From Stegostoma tigrinum (taxonomy: Eukaryota), in contig NC_081394.1 of the NCBI RefSeq assembly GCF_030684315.1, positions 6,120,658 to 6,184,657 of the forward strand: DNA of 64,000 nucleotides. The letters are read 5' to 3'. The notes under the pieces were generated by a model. That model had not been told where the DNA came from, did no database searches, and saw only the letters and a program-made list of their open reading frames with translations. Positions within the stretch are counted from its first letter, which is position 1, and the number at the start of each line of letters is the position of its first letter. The position numbers and the translations under genes were made by a program. This document shows, piece after piece, positions 49,760 through 61,452 of the stretch.

Positions 49760-50340
49760 TAGAACATAGACCATTACAGCACAGTACAGGCCCTTTGGCC
49801 CTCGATGTTGTGCCGACCTGTCATACCGATCTCAAGCCCATCTAACCTACACTACTCCATGTACGTCCATATGCTTCTCCAATGACTACTTAAATGTACC
49901 TAAAGTTGGCGAATCTACTCCCGTTGCAGGCAAAGCGTTCCATTCCCTTACTACTCTCTGAGTAAGGAAACTACCGCTGACATCTGTCCTGTATCTTTCA
50001 CCCCTTAATTTAAAGCTATGCCCCCTCGTGCTCACCGTCACCATCCTAGGAAAAAGGCTCTCCCTATCCACCCTATCTAACCCTCTGATTATTTTATATG
50101 TCTCAATTAAGTCACCTCTCAACCTTCTTCTCTCTAACGAAAACAGCCTCAAGTCCCTCAGCCTTTCCTCGTAAGACCTTCCCTCCATACCAGGCAACAT
50201 CCTGGTAAATCTCCTCTGCACCCTTTCCAAAGCTTCCACATCCTTCTTATAATGCGGTGACCAGAACTGTGCGCAATACTCCAAGTGCGGCCGCACCAGA
50301 GTTTTATACAGCTGTAACATAAATTTGTGCCAATACAAGG
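49760..50340 (-). mobile_element. Young CR1/HER1 LINE 3' end
   Basis: MLQLYKTLVRPHLEYCAQFWSPHYKKDVEALERVQRRFTRMLPG...FLTQRVVREWNALP. Confidence 0.92.
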
Positions 50341-50535
50341 TACCTTTCTAAACTAAAAGGTTTTTGCCTCTCCATGGCCTATATTTCTCAATTCCCTGCC
50401 TATTCATGTGTCTGTAGAGATGCCTCTCCAACTTTGTTATTGTATCCGCCTCCACCTCCTCCGCTGGCAGTACTTTCCAGGCACATTCGACACTCTGTGT
50501 AAAAACCCTGCCACTCAAATATCCTTTACACTTTG

Positions 50536-50727
50536 AGATAGCTGGAACTGCAGATGCTGGATAATCCGAGATAACAAGGTGTAGAGCAGGATGAACACAG
50601 CAGGCCAAGCAGCATCAGAGGACCATATGACAATATGATGAAGGGCCTAGGCCTGAAACGTCAGCTTTCCAGCTCCTCTGATGGCGCTTGGCCTGCTGCG
50701 TGCATCCAGCTCTACACCGTGTTATCC
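50536..50727. mobile_element. Fold-back PLE-terminus mini-element inserted in an older CR1
   Basis: Inverted termini; flanked by atccttta(c/t)actt. Confidence 0.8.
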
Positions 50728-51515
50728 TTTATACTTACCCCATTTAACGTAAACTTCAATCTCCTCGTGATTGAATTTTCTAACCTGGGAAAACGACTGC
50801 GACTGTCTATTCCATGCGGAGGTCTCATTCTGTAAGATTCTATGAGGTTCTAACCCTCATCCTTCATCATTCAGGTGAAAACAAACCAAGTTTGTCCAAT
50901 CTCCTTTGTAATCCCTTTGAAACCAGTTAACATCCTGGTTAACCAGTTCTGTATGCTTTCCAAAGTTGCCATGTCTTTCTGGCGGTGTGGTGACCAGAAC
51001 AGGACTCAATAAAGGGACAGTGATACTCATGGGTGACTTCAATCAACATCAAAACTGGAAAAATCAGATTGACAATCGTAGCCTGGAGGGTGAGCTCACA
51101 GAATAATTTGAGATAAGTTCTGAGAGCAACACATTCTGGAACAGAGCAGGCGATACTCGATTTTGTGAAACAAGGCAAGCAAAGTGGATGACCTCAGAGT
51201 AATGACGTCCCTCAGCACAACTGGTGCCAAGATTGTGTCTAAGATTAGTTTTCTAAACTTAAATAGAGACAACAATGCGGCTGTGAAAGCTGAGATAGCT
51301 AAAATGAGTTTGTAGAAAAGGCTAGGGATATATGAATAGACATAGAGAGTGAAAGGCATTTAATGGGATATTTCAGAATATTCAGGCTCAGTACACTTCT
51401 CCTATGAACAATGATTTTAAAGGGAGATTCCACTCTTTATAGATAAATAATGGGGTTCAGGAAACATCAAACTTTTGGAAAAGCATGTCATTGAAAAATG
51501 GGCAGCAAGTGTTTC

Positions 51516-51669
51516 GAGATAACAAAGTGTGGAGCTGGATGAAGACTGCAGGCCAAGCAGCATCTCGGGAGCTTTTGTGCTCCTAAGATGCTGCTTGGCC
51601 TGCTGTGTTCATCCATCTCCACACTTTGTTATCTCGGATTGTCCAGCATCTGCAGTTCTCATTATCTCT
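51516..51669. mobile_element. Fold-back PLE-terminus mini-element lacking the HHR core
   Basis: Arms join at ...gggAGCttttgtg; flanked by agcaagt(g/a)t(t/c)tcga. Confidence 0.85.
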
Positions 51670-52082
51670 AGCAAGTATCTCGACATGTGGCTAAAAAGGA
51701 AAAGCTACCATCAGTTCAAGCAATAGCTCTGCATACAGAATATGCCCATGGTATCAAGATTGAGACAGTGCATACGAAGGGTCCAGTTGCAAACACACAG
51801 CTTCATTTCTTCCACACAGACAGCTGGATAAGGACACCCTTGTGCATGCTGATAGAAGAATTCCGTACCAAGCTGATTTCCAACAAATATAGATGTATTT
51901 TAATTAACATTCCCAGATCATCATTGTTATCGAGTTTGAATACACCAAAAATCCATAATCTTTTAAAATGCAGTAAACGTTAAAGAGATTCCAATTTGGA
52001 CACAAAGCCTGAGACTGTAAGACAATGCCCCTAAACTGCATTCATGGAGGATTGAATTAAAGTGACAGAACTCAGCAGGATT

Positions 52083-53990
52083 AAAGCAAAAACAAAAGTT
52101 GCTGGAAGAGCTCAGCAGGTTAGGCAGCATCTGTGAAGAAAGGATCAGAGTTAATGTTTCAGATCTGTTAACCCTTCCTCAGAACTGATGGTTGCTGGGA
52201 AACATCAATTTATATACAGAAAATAAGGAGGGGAATAAGGGCAGGAGTAAACGATAGGATAGAGCCTGAAGAGAGCGAAGAGCAGTTGGATAGACAAAGG
52301 AGTTGCTAACGATCAGCCTGGGAGGGTGAATAGTTGTTAATGGGGACTGATTGTGACTAACGATAGGTTGTGTGTGATGCTGGGCAATGTGATAACAAGG
52401 CCTAGTGTAGGGGATAGGGGTCTAGGACATTTAGTTTCGGCCCGGAAATTATGGAAATTAATATTGAGTCTGGAGGGCTGCAGGTTCTCCAAGCAGAAAA
52501 TGAGGTGTTGTTCTTCCAGCTTACATTGAGCTTCACTGGAACACTGCAGCAAGGCAGACACAGAGATGTTGGCTAGGGAACAGGGTGGTGTGTTAAAGTG
52601 GCGGGCAACAGGTAGCTCAGGGTCTTTTTTGTGAGCAGAATGTAGATGCTGTGCGAAGCAGTCACACAGTTTATGCTTTGTGTCCCCAGTGTAGGCGAGA
52701 TTGCATTGTGAGCAACGTATGTAAGAGACTAGATTCTGTCGAGTGCAGGTGAAGTAACAAGCTATGTTCGGGCTCTCGGATAGTGGGGAGCGAGAAGGTA
52801 AATGGGCAGGTCTTGCACCTTTGCTGGTTGCAGGAGGGAAGAGAAGAGGTGAGGGCAGCACTGTGGGAGATGTGTTGAATCGGTTGAGGTCTCTGTCAAA
52901 AATGGTGCTGGGGAGTCCTGAATTGAGGAAGAAGGTGAACATTTCGGACCCTCCATTGTCAAAATTGGTCTCATCTGAACATATGCGATGGAGATGGGGA
53001 AACTGACAGAATGGAATGGAAGCAGGGTGTGAGGATGTATAGTCCAGGTAGCTGTGGGAGTCGGTGAGTTTTTAGTGGATATTAATGGCCAGTCTATTCC
53101 CAGAAATGGAAACAGAGATGTCAAAGAAAAGAAGTGAGGAATTAGAGATAGAACAGGTGAAAGTGAGGACAGGGTAGAAATTGGAAGCAAACTCAACAAG
53201 GAATGTTCCACATAACCCATGAAGAGACAGACATAACTGGAGACCATCCAAGTATCCATGGCCACCCCTCTGAGGTGAAGAAAAAGAGAGGAGTTAAAAG
53301 AGAAGTTGTTGAGTGTGAAGATGAACTTTGCCAAACGGAGGAGGGTGGTGACTGGCGGAGATGGCTCAGGCCTTTCCTCCAGAAAGAAGCGGAGAGCCCT
53401 AAGACCGGCCTGGTGTTAAGGAATTGCACATCCATGGTGAAGAAGAGGTGGCTTGAAACTGCAAGCTGGAAGTTTTGAAACTGGCAGAAAGTGTCAGAAG
53501 AATCATGGATGTACATGGGCAGAGATTGGGAGAGAAAACTGAGTCAAGCTACGAAGAGATGAGTTCTGTGGGGCAGGAGTAGGTTGAAACAATGGGTCCC
53601 ATTTGTGGATTTTTGGAAGGAGGTTGAAGTGAGCTGCATGGGGCTGCAGGGCTATCAGCTTGGAAGCATCTTGGAGGGAGGTCACCAGATGAAAAGAGAT
53701 CAGTTACCATACTAAATACAATGGATTGATACATCATAGTGGGGTCATGGTCCAGGGGAATATAGGAGAAAGTATCTGAGAACTGTTGCTCAGCCTCTGC
53801 AGTGTAGAGGTCAGTACACTAGACTACAACAGCACCATTCTTATCAAGAGGCTTAATAGGAAAGTCAAGGTAAGATCTAAGTGCACAGAGTGCATTGAAT
53901 TCAGAGTGACATAGCTTGGATTTGGTGAGGCGGGGAGGAAGAGAAATTTGAGGTGACCAATATCACATGAACAACTCTCACTGAACAAAT
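52083..53990 (-). mobile_element. Decayed Neptune-like PLE (further subfamily)
   Basis: LLPKIHK; FTLNNFSFNSS..RGVAMDTW..SYVCLFMGYVE; NLVSYIRCSQCNLAYTGDTK..EEQHLIFCL. Confidence 0.85.
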
Positions 53991-55334
53991 CAGCTGCGGG
54001 TAAAAGGCCAGAGAGAGGGGTCCAGGTTGAGGGGGAGTGTTGGGCTCGGCAAAGCTTCTGTGGGATGGGGAGAGGACTTGTCTGAAGAAATGGACGCGAC
54101 ATGTTGTGTCAATTGGTCAGAATGTGGGTGACTATGATGCATTATAAAAGGCCAATAGTTAGATCAAAGTTTGTCTCGTAAACATCATGAGATCATGAAA
54201 GACCGGGGGTTGTGCATAAGGCTGGCCCATCATTGACCAGATTTGCACATGATTAATTTCATTGAGTGTGTATGTAATTAATTCATAATATAATTGCTCT
54301 GTAAATGCCAAAGTAGGTTGAAAACAAATATATTAACGTTTATGTCTTTCCTTTGTTCATTCAAGAAGTTTCTGACCCCCAGATATTTCTTCCCACTGGT
54401 GTAATTTCAATAAACTCTTTGATGCTGGAGGTGGAGTCTGGGTTTCAAGTGATTTATTTAGTCATTCTACCCCAAAAATATAAATCAGGAGGCGGAAGAC
54501 AAAGAGGAACTTTATGGAAATACATACAATCATGATGAAAGTGGCACTGAGTAAACTGATGGAGCTCTGGGCTGACAAATCACTGGAATCCAGTGGACTT
54601 CATCCCAGAGAATAACGGAGGTGGTGAAAGATGTAGTTGCTGGGTTGTTTTTAGTTTTACAGCATTTGTTGGACCCTGAGAAGGTTCCACCAGGTTTGAA
54701 AGGAGAAAATACAACCCATCTATTCAAAGGAGGGAAGCCAAAAATAGGAATCTCTAGTTCTGGGCAAACTGCTAACTTCTCACTTAACTAACTTCCCGAT
54801 GTCACCCACAATGACATATCGACAATTCTGAAGATACAGAGAGAGAGGGTGTTGCATAGGAAGAAGCTACTCAGCCCAAGCTGTATGTCTTGGTAATTAC
54901 TCTCCAGGCAAGCAGTTGGACCGATCAGGGTAAGTAACATAAAAATAGGAACTTAGTTTCTTTTCTTGTTGGTGTTCTAAGGACAGGTTCAAATAATTGA
55001 TGCCTTTGAAAGGATTGTATTTATTATTGAGATTTGTCCGTGTGGCTCAAGTCAGTCAAACAGACCATCTTTCTGGGTAAAGGGATGAGAGATATAGAGC
55101 CAGGGGTTTTGGAATGGCCTAAGGAGGTGAAAACGCTATAGAAATTCAAATTGTTCATCTTTTTACTTTGTTGAAGCCTTTTGACTCTCTACAGAGCACC
55201 AATCATTCTGCAGAGAATCAAAGAAGTCTGTGAGGACTTTGTCTAAAAGTCGCTCTGATCTCTCGAGAACAGTCAGATAAGGGGTGAGGCCTCATTAATT
55301 CCTTCCTCTTTCAGAGCTTCAGAGGGAAAAGTGA

Positions 55335-55398
55335 ATGAAATATCTGGGAGCTGGGGCTATGACTGGGAAATCTTACTTCCTGCTGTCACTTCTCCAAG
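55335..55398 (+). CDS. Signal-peptide exon of the intact Siglec-like gene
   Basis: (MKYLGAGA)MTGKSYFLLSLLQ then G|gtaatg phase 1; splices to 58875 giving MTGKSYFLLSLLQAGLAQ-NW; upstream acceptor ccttcctctttcag ends at 55314. Confidence 0.75.
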
Positions 55399-57200
55399 GT
55401 AATGCCATTGTCAGCTCGGTCCGATTTACGGTTCATAGACTTCTCTAAAGATCGTTCTTACTGAGCTGTAATTAGGAACCAATTCAGTAGTGAGCCAGTG
55501 TTCACACTCACAGTAAGTCCTGTTCACCCATCGCCCCTGTGCTCACTAACATACACTGACTCCCAGTCTGACAACAGTCATGAAGCAGCACAGAGATCTG
55601 TTTGTGTACATTGGAAATCTACAGAGATTACAGAGTTAGGGAATGAAGAGCAGACAGCATAGATGGGAAATAAATGATGCTTATCACAAAAACGAAAGTT
55701 TAGAAACCAATTCAAGTCAGTGAACAAGGACCTAATAATAAGAATGAGCCATGATAAAAACTGGGGGTTGATGTTTACTCTGAGGCTGCGACTCCAATTA
55801 CAATTTTCTGAAATTTGTGACTTTTGCTGATTTTTGTCAAAATTTCCCATGTAGACAACACACTTCTAGAACAAATATGCCTCTCAACATCACACTTTCT
55901 GTCCATTCTTACCATGTTAGAAACTTCAATAAAGGTGTGAGATAACTGACAGAGAGAAGTAAGCCGAATCAGGCGGTGCAGAGAGTGTCAAACATTCAAT
56001 TCATTTTCAATTCATTATCTTTACTGTTAGCACATGCAGGGCTCAGGCCAGAGGCACTTTGCTCCAGTGTTCCAAAGTGTCTGCTGCAGGAGGGTCAGTG
56101 TGGAGCTTGGGAACCAGTCGGTCTCTGAGGCTGCATCAGAATCAACAATATAACAACATTGCATTTGGACCGAAAATAACCCTTCAGACAATCAGGATCC
56201 AAAGAGAAGCCCTCAGCAGTGAAAATCTGAACTGATCCCTGACAGCAGGAAAGGTGTTAAGGGAAGGTCATGTCTGATCAACTCGGTTGATTTTTTTGAA
56301 GAGGTGACGAGGTGTGCAGATGGGGGGTAATGGTTTTGAAGTTGGATTCTTGAACGTCAGTGAGCTTTTGATAAGGTCCTGTATGGGACAGCTAAGGTCA
56401 AGGAAATGTGGCAAACTGGGTTCACAATCAGCTGAATTTCACAAAGCAGTGGGTGATCTTTGAGGGGTGTTTTCTCCACTGGATATCTATCTCCAGTGAG
56501 GTCCCACCGTGGTCAAGTGTAGAGATTATTGCTGTCAGTGCTTTGTACAAATAATGCACACCTGAATGCTGGAGGGTTGCTAAATACGTTTGTAGATGGC
56601 AGAAATGCTGGTGAGATTGAAGTAGTGAGGAGGATAGAGATGAGCTCATCAGCTGGGCTGATCAGTGCCAAATAGAGTTCAATCCCGAAAGATGTGAATT
56701 GGCCCACTGACCTTGGAGCTGTGAGCTGAAAATAACTTGTGCACTTTGGAAGAGCTTGTGGCAAGTGGAAAAAGAAGAAATAAAACAAACTTTTATTTGT
56801 CTTTAATACGAGGCCTGGAGTTTAATCACAGGCTGATTCTAGGTTAAAACGATTCCAACAGATACAGCGACCTCAGGAAGACCAGGACTTGGCCATTAAT
56901 GAGGTCAATGCCTGGGAATTGGTTCTGACAAATCTGGAATTGGCTCTGTATTCAAGCAGATGGCAAATGTTCAATGGAATTTGAAACCTCAGGAAATGAT
57001 GGTCAGTCTTTCAAGGTGGAACCAGGGCTGAAGTTTGTTTTTGAACTGTGTTTTATGGTAAGATGAGTTTGCTGCTGATGATACAGCAGGAAGATTTGAG
57101 AGCTATCTCCTAGCTTCCCACACTAACTTCCAGAAGCACAGAGAGTAGAAAACTGAGTCCGAAATATTGCTACATTTACCTGAGTGAACTGAAACGGTGA

Positions 57201-57434
57201 TCAGAGATAATGGGAACTGCAGATGCTGGAGAATCCAAGATAACAAAGTGTGGGGCTGGATGAACACAGCAGGCCAAGCAGCATCTTAGGAGCACAAAAG
57301 CTGATGTTTCGGGTCTAGACCCTTCATCAGAAAACAATTTTCTGATGAAGGGTCTAGGCCCAAAACATCAGCTTTTGTGCTCGTGAGATGCTGCTTGGCC
57401 TGCTGTGTTCATCCAGCTCCACACTTTGTTATCT
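57201..57434. mobile_element. Fold-back PLE-terminus mini-element
   Basis: TSD TGAACTGAAACGGTGA at 57185-57200 and 57435-57450; arms meet at catcagaaaa-caa-ttttctgatga. Confidence 0.92.
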
Positions 57435-57904
57435 TGAACTGAAACGGTGACCCTGACCAACACTTTCAGAAAAGAAACTGAGGAGTTCACATTTATATCT
57501 GTGAAACAATGCATCATGTGAACCATTTAAGTCATCTGTCCAGTTTTGTTATTGTCTTTTACATATCCATGATCTGTGTTATTTTGTCTGTTTTTGTGTG
57601 AATGGGGGCTGTAAATGAATGTTTCAAGTTTACAGGATAGAAATGAATTAGACTACCATGTTGTTTAATTTCTCATTGCTGAAGTTATTGTATATTTCGT
57701 CAATTGTTAAGTCTTTTGCTGAAGATACAAAAATAGTGCGTGGATTAATTATTCAAAAAATCTGGAACTGCTTATGAAGAAGTCTTGTAGAGTGGCTACT
57801 CAGGGACTTTAACACTTTTAATTTTACTGTGTTGCGAACATAGAGGCAAAAGTCTAACATGTTTAGATTGTTCCATATTGGAATGAAGGGACATGAGACT
57901 TATT

Positions 57905-58500
57905 AACTGAGGCTTGCCAGTCAAGAGCAGGGAGGTGATGCTGGAATTGTTTAAACATTGGTTAGGCGAGAGCTAGAGTATTGTGTGCACTCCTGACATC
58001 CGCATTATGGGAGGGATGTGATTACACTGGAGAGGGTGCAGAGGATATCTGCCAGGATGTTGCCTGGGCCGGAGAGGTTCAGTTATGAAGTGAGATGAGA
58101 CAGACTGGGGTTGTTTTTCCCTAGTGAGGAGATGGAGGGAAATGTGATTCTGATGTATAAAATTATGAGAGGCATTGACAGGATTGATAGGTGGACACCT
58201 TTCCTGTAGGTGGAGGGCTCAATGGCCAAGGGTTTAAGGTAAAGGTGAAAAGGTTTAGGTCAGATGCCAGGAAAGAATTTTTCACCCAGAGGGCTGTGGG
58301 AATCAGGAACTCACTGTCTGTGAGGGTGGGAGAGGTAGAAATTCTCAGAACATTTTTTTTGGCATTTCAACATGCACTTGCCATATCAAAGCCTACAAGG
58401 GTATGGGCCAAGTCCTGGAAAATGAGATTAGACAAGTTTGTTAAATGGTTGTAATTGTTTGGCAGGGACATGAAGGGCTGAAGGGCTTTTCTCTATGTAG
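57905..58500 (+). mobile_element. CR1 LINE 3' portion
   Basis: LERVQR..MLPG; FFTQRAVGIRNSL. Confidence 0.8.
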
Positions 58501-58874
58501 CAGATCTCTGTGATATCAGTCCCGCTTATTCTCAAACTGTGATGTATGGCTCCTCAGTAGAATCAATCAGTAAGTTGGGAGAGTGTGTGTGAAACAGCAG
58601 GGTGGGAATGAAAGACAGGAGAAATGGAAAGCTGTTCATGTTGTATAAAGGAATGTGAGGTTGTGTTAGTCCAACATGTATCACTGAGAAGATGTCTTCT
58701 CTCAGAGCTCCCCAACATTTGTCTCCTTTTGACATGACAGTGTCTCTCAGCTCCCGCGGTTTTTCTGCAGCCAGCCTCTGATTTATACTGAAACCTCCCC
58801 TGAGGCTGGTCATTCAGTGTGTCTGATCGGTCTATAGCCTATCTGGTGCTAAATGCTGATGTTTCTCTCCCCAG

Positions 58875-59240
58875 CTGGACTGGCACAAAACTGGAAATGC
58901 CACACTCCACGTGAGGTGACAGCACAGAAAGGTTCCTGTGCACAGATTCCATGTCATTACAGTTACCCTTCACATCTGGCAAACCAAACACGAGTCGGAA
59001 TCTGGTTTCATAACAAGAAACAGGATGCAACATCGATAGCTTTTCACTCTGAGAATCACAGTCAAGTGTTACCACGGTTCCGCCAACGGACTTGGCTGTC
59101 TGGAAATCTGAAAAATGGAGACTGTTCCCTGATGATAAATAACATCAAGGGAAGAGATGCAGGATCTTATTATTTCAGAGTGGAATTCAGTGGTTCAAAT
59201 AAATACAAATACCTTCCTGTAACCCAGCTTCATGTTTCAA
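58875..59240 (+). CDS. Siglec-like (CD33/CD22/MAG family) N-terminal V-set Ig exon, intact
   Basis: 366-nt phase 1-1 exon (ccccag| ... |gtaagt); GSCAQIPCHY and GDCSLMINNI give the Siglec B-E intra-sheet and inter-domain Cys pattern; DAGSYYFRVE holds the essential Arg. Confidence 0.92.
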
Positions 59241-59459
59241 GTAAGTAATGTAATTCCTCAACAATTCACTTCCAACACTTAGTTGAAAACAATACAACCT
59301 TATGCTTTGTTCGCGTTTTTTATGCGTGTGATAACCAGTGTCGATTTTCACTCTACTTCATAAACGATATTATTGGTCTTAATATGTTAATTCAATCCCC
59401 ATATTAGTACACTTTCATACCGTCATTCAGAATCAAAAACACCCACAAACCAAGGATCT

Positions 59460-60570
59460 GTACTCAAAGGATAAAATGAGTTTCCTGTTGATGGGATTGA
59501 AGTACTGCCCAATATAGAATGATGGAATATCTTCGGATTGATGAAGAATCAGTTAGACTTTGGTCTTCCAATAGAATGAAGAGCCCAGGCTCGGAGTTAA
59601 TGAGATTGTTAGAAATACTGATATCAGGAAATTTTTCAGGGCCCCAGAAATACTTCACTGATTGAGAGATCTGTGCTGCATGTCTTGCTGGAAGGTGTCT
59701 TTATTTTTTCAGAAGAAAGACTTGTTGGCAGCACATTTCGAGGTCATTTCTCCCAGTGACACATACAGATGTCCTGGAAAAACAGGGACCAACTCCAGAC
59801 AGTGTTGCAAAAAACCATCAAAACAAACATCCCATTTGGTGGAACCAAGCTTGTCCAGCAATTAAAATCATAAACCTTTCCATTAACCCACCTTAAAAGC
59901 TTCACTTCTCTCATTTCCAAAATTACTTGACATTTCAGTAACACTCTGGTGAGCTCACATTCATGATGAACATTTGCCTGAGGTCACATCAAACCTTGGT
60001 AAACGCTTTTCGAATCCAAAACATCCGAACAGTTCCATATTTCATTGGCCCTCAATTCTAAATATGTGTCAAAATCACACCTCTCGCTTTGGAAAATGAG
60101 ACACCATTTCCAAATTCATTTTCATTGGGATGTAAACATGAAAATATCTACGCCACAACAACACGAAATAAATCAAACTTAAATGCATTCACCTTCATTA
60201 TCTGTAATGCTGAAACAGTTTCTGACTTTTTTCAACATTCATGTAATCCAACATTCTTGACAATGCATCAGCAATAATATCTGCTTCAGGCATGTGCAAA
60301 CAAGTCTTTCATTAGTTGAATGAGAAAAGTCCAGAGAATCAGTTGGCATTTTGACTTTTAAATTACTCTCCAAAGGCGACAGATTACAGTTAGTATATTG
60401 GTGTTCCTTTATCGTCATGATGGACATAAACTTTTGAAATGTTTCGGAGGCAGTAACAAGATCAGATTTTACTTTTGCATAGGACAGTACTTCCTTTGTT
60501 ACTTCCTTCGTTCAATTTACCATAACAGTGCCATTTCGGCTTCTTTATGTCCAATGTATCATTTTGTAAT
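59460..60570 (-). mobile_element. Gypsy LTR retrotransposon remnant (RNase H end, PPT, LTR) in the Siglec-like intron
   Basis: VYVHHDDKG...FKSQNA...DIIADALSR on minus strand, then gcgagagg-TGTGA. Confidence 0.65.
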
Positions 60571-61452
60571 AAGACTGCAGCCTCCCCTAAGACCCAAACA
60601 CCAATTCTCAGTGTAAACGGTGAGAACTGTAAAGAGGCTGCAGCTTGGAACTACAAGGGAACACCCATCCTGGGAGCTGGGCAGTGTCCAGAAAAAAGGC
60701 TAAGAGTGACAGCAAAGGAGAGATGTTGTTTGTTGATGAGCTGCTGTTTAGGGCTGTGTTTCAACACCAGTCATTTTGATAAATGTGAATTTGAAAAGTA
60801 GCACTGGGAAGGTTGAATTTATAGGCACAAGAGGGAAAGATAACACGTAAACACGGACCAAAACTTACTGCTTTCTACTCATCTTCAGTTCTGAGTGGCC
60901 AGAGCAAGAAAATGGTTGAGTGAGGAAAAGTGGCTGAAGCTAATGTAAATTAAAAGTATAAGACATGGAATGGTCGGCTCGGCCACGTGTATCCTCTGCC
61001 AAGTCAAGGGACTTCTAGTGGTCGGGACAAGCCCAAGTGTAGGAAGTGACAGCAGCTTGAACTCTGGGATTCAGAGCTCGAGCAGTAGCTACAGTCACTG
61101 AGCTGTGTCTGTGAGGCAGAGAGCAATGTGGTTAGTACATTCAGGGAGGTGATCATAATACAGGTTTGGGGAAGCAGGCAGACAGGGAATGTGTGAACAC
61201 CTGGCAATCCAAGAGGAACAGGCAGGTAGGGCAGGAATTCTCAGAGGTACCACTCACCAGCTGGTTTTCCATCTGGATGTTGTTGATGGATCCCTGGAGG
61301 AGCGCAGCAACACACAAGGCCTTGGTATCATGGGTGGTCCAGCTGTACAAGAGAGGTGAGGCGAGAGTGGAAGGGCAGTACCAAGTGGTGATTCATAATT
61401 CAAGGTCAAATAGACATTTCTGCAGATGTCAATGCGACTGTAAGAAAGTTTA

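Noticed and set aside
59464-59944. Protein-like short frames in the Siglec-like intron
   Set aside because: Fall in the LTR downstream of a gypsy RNase H remnant; multiple stops
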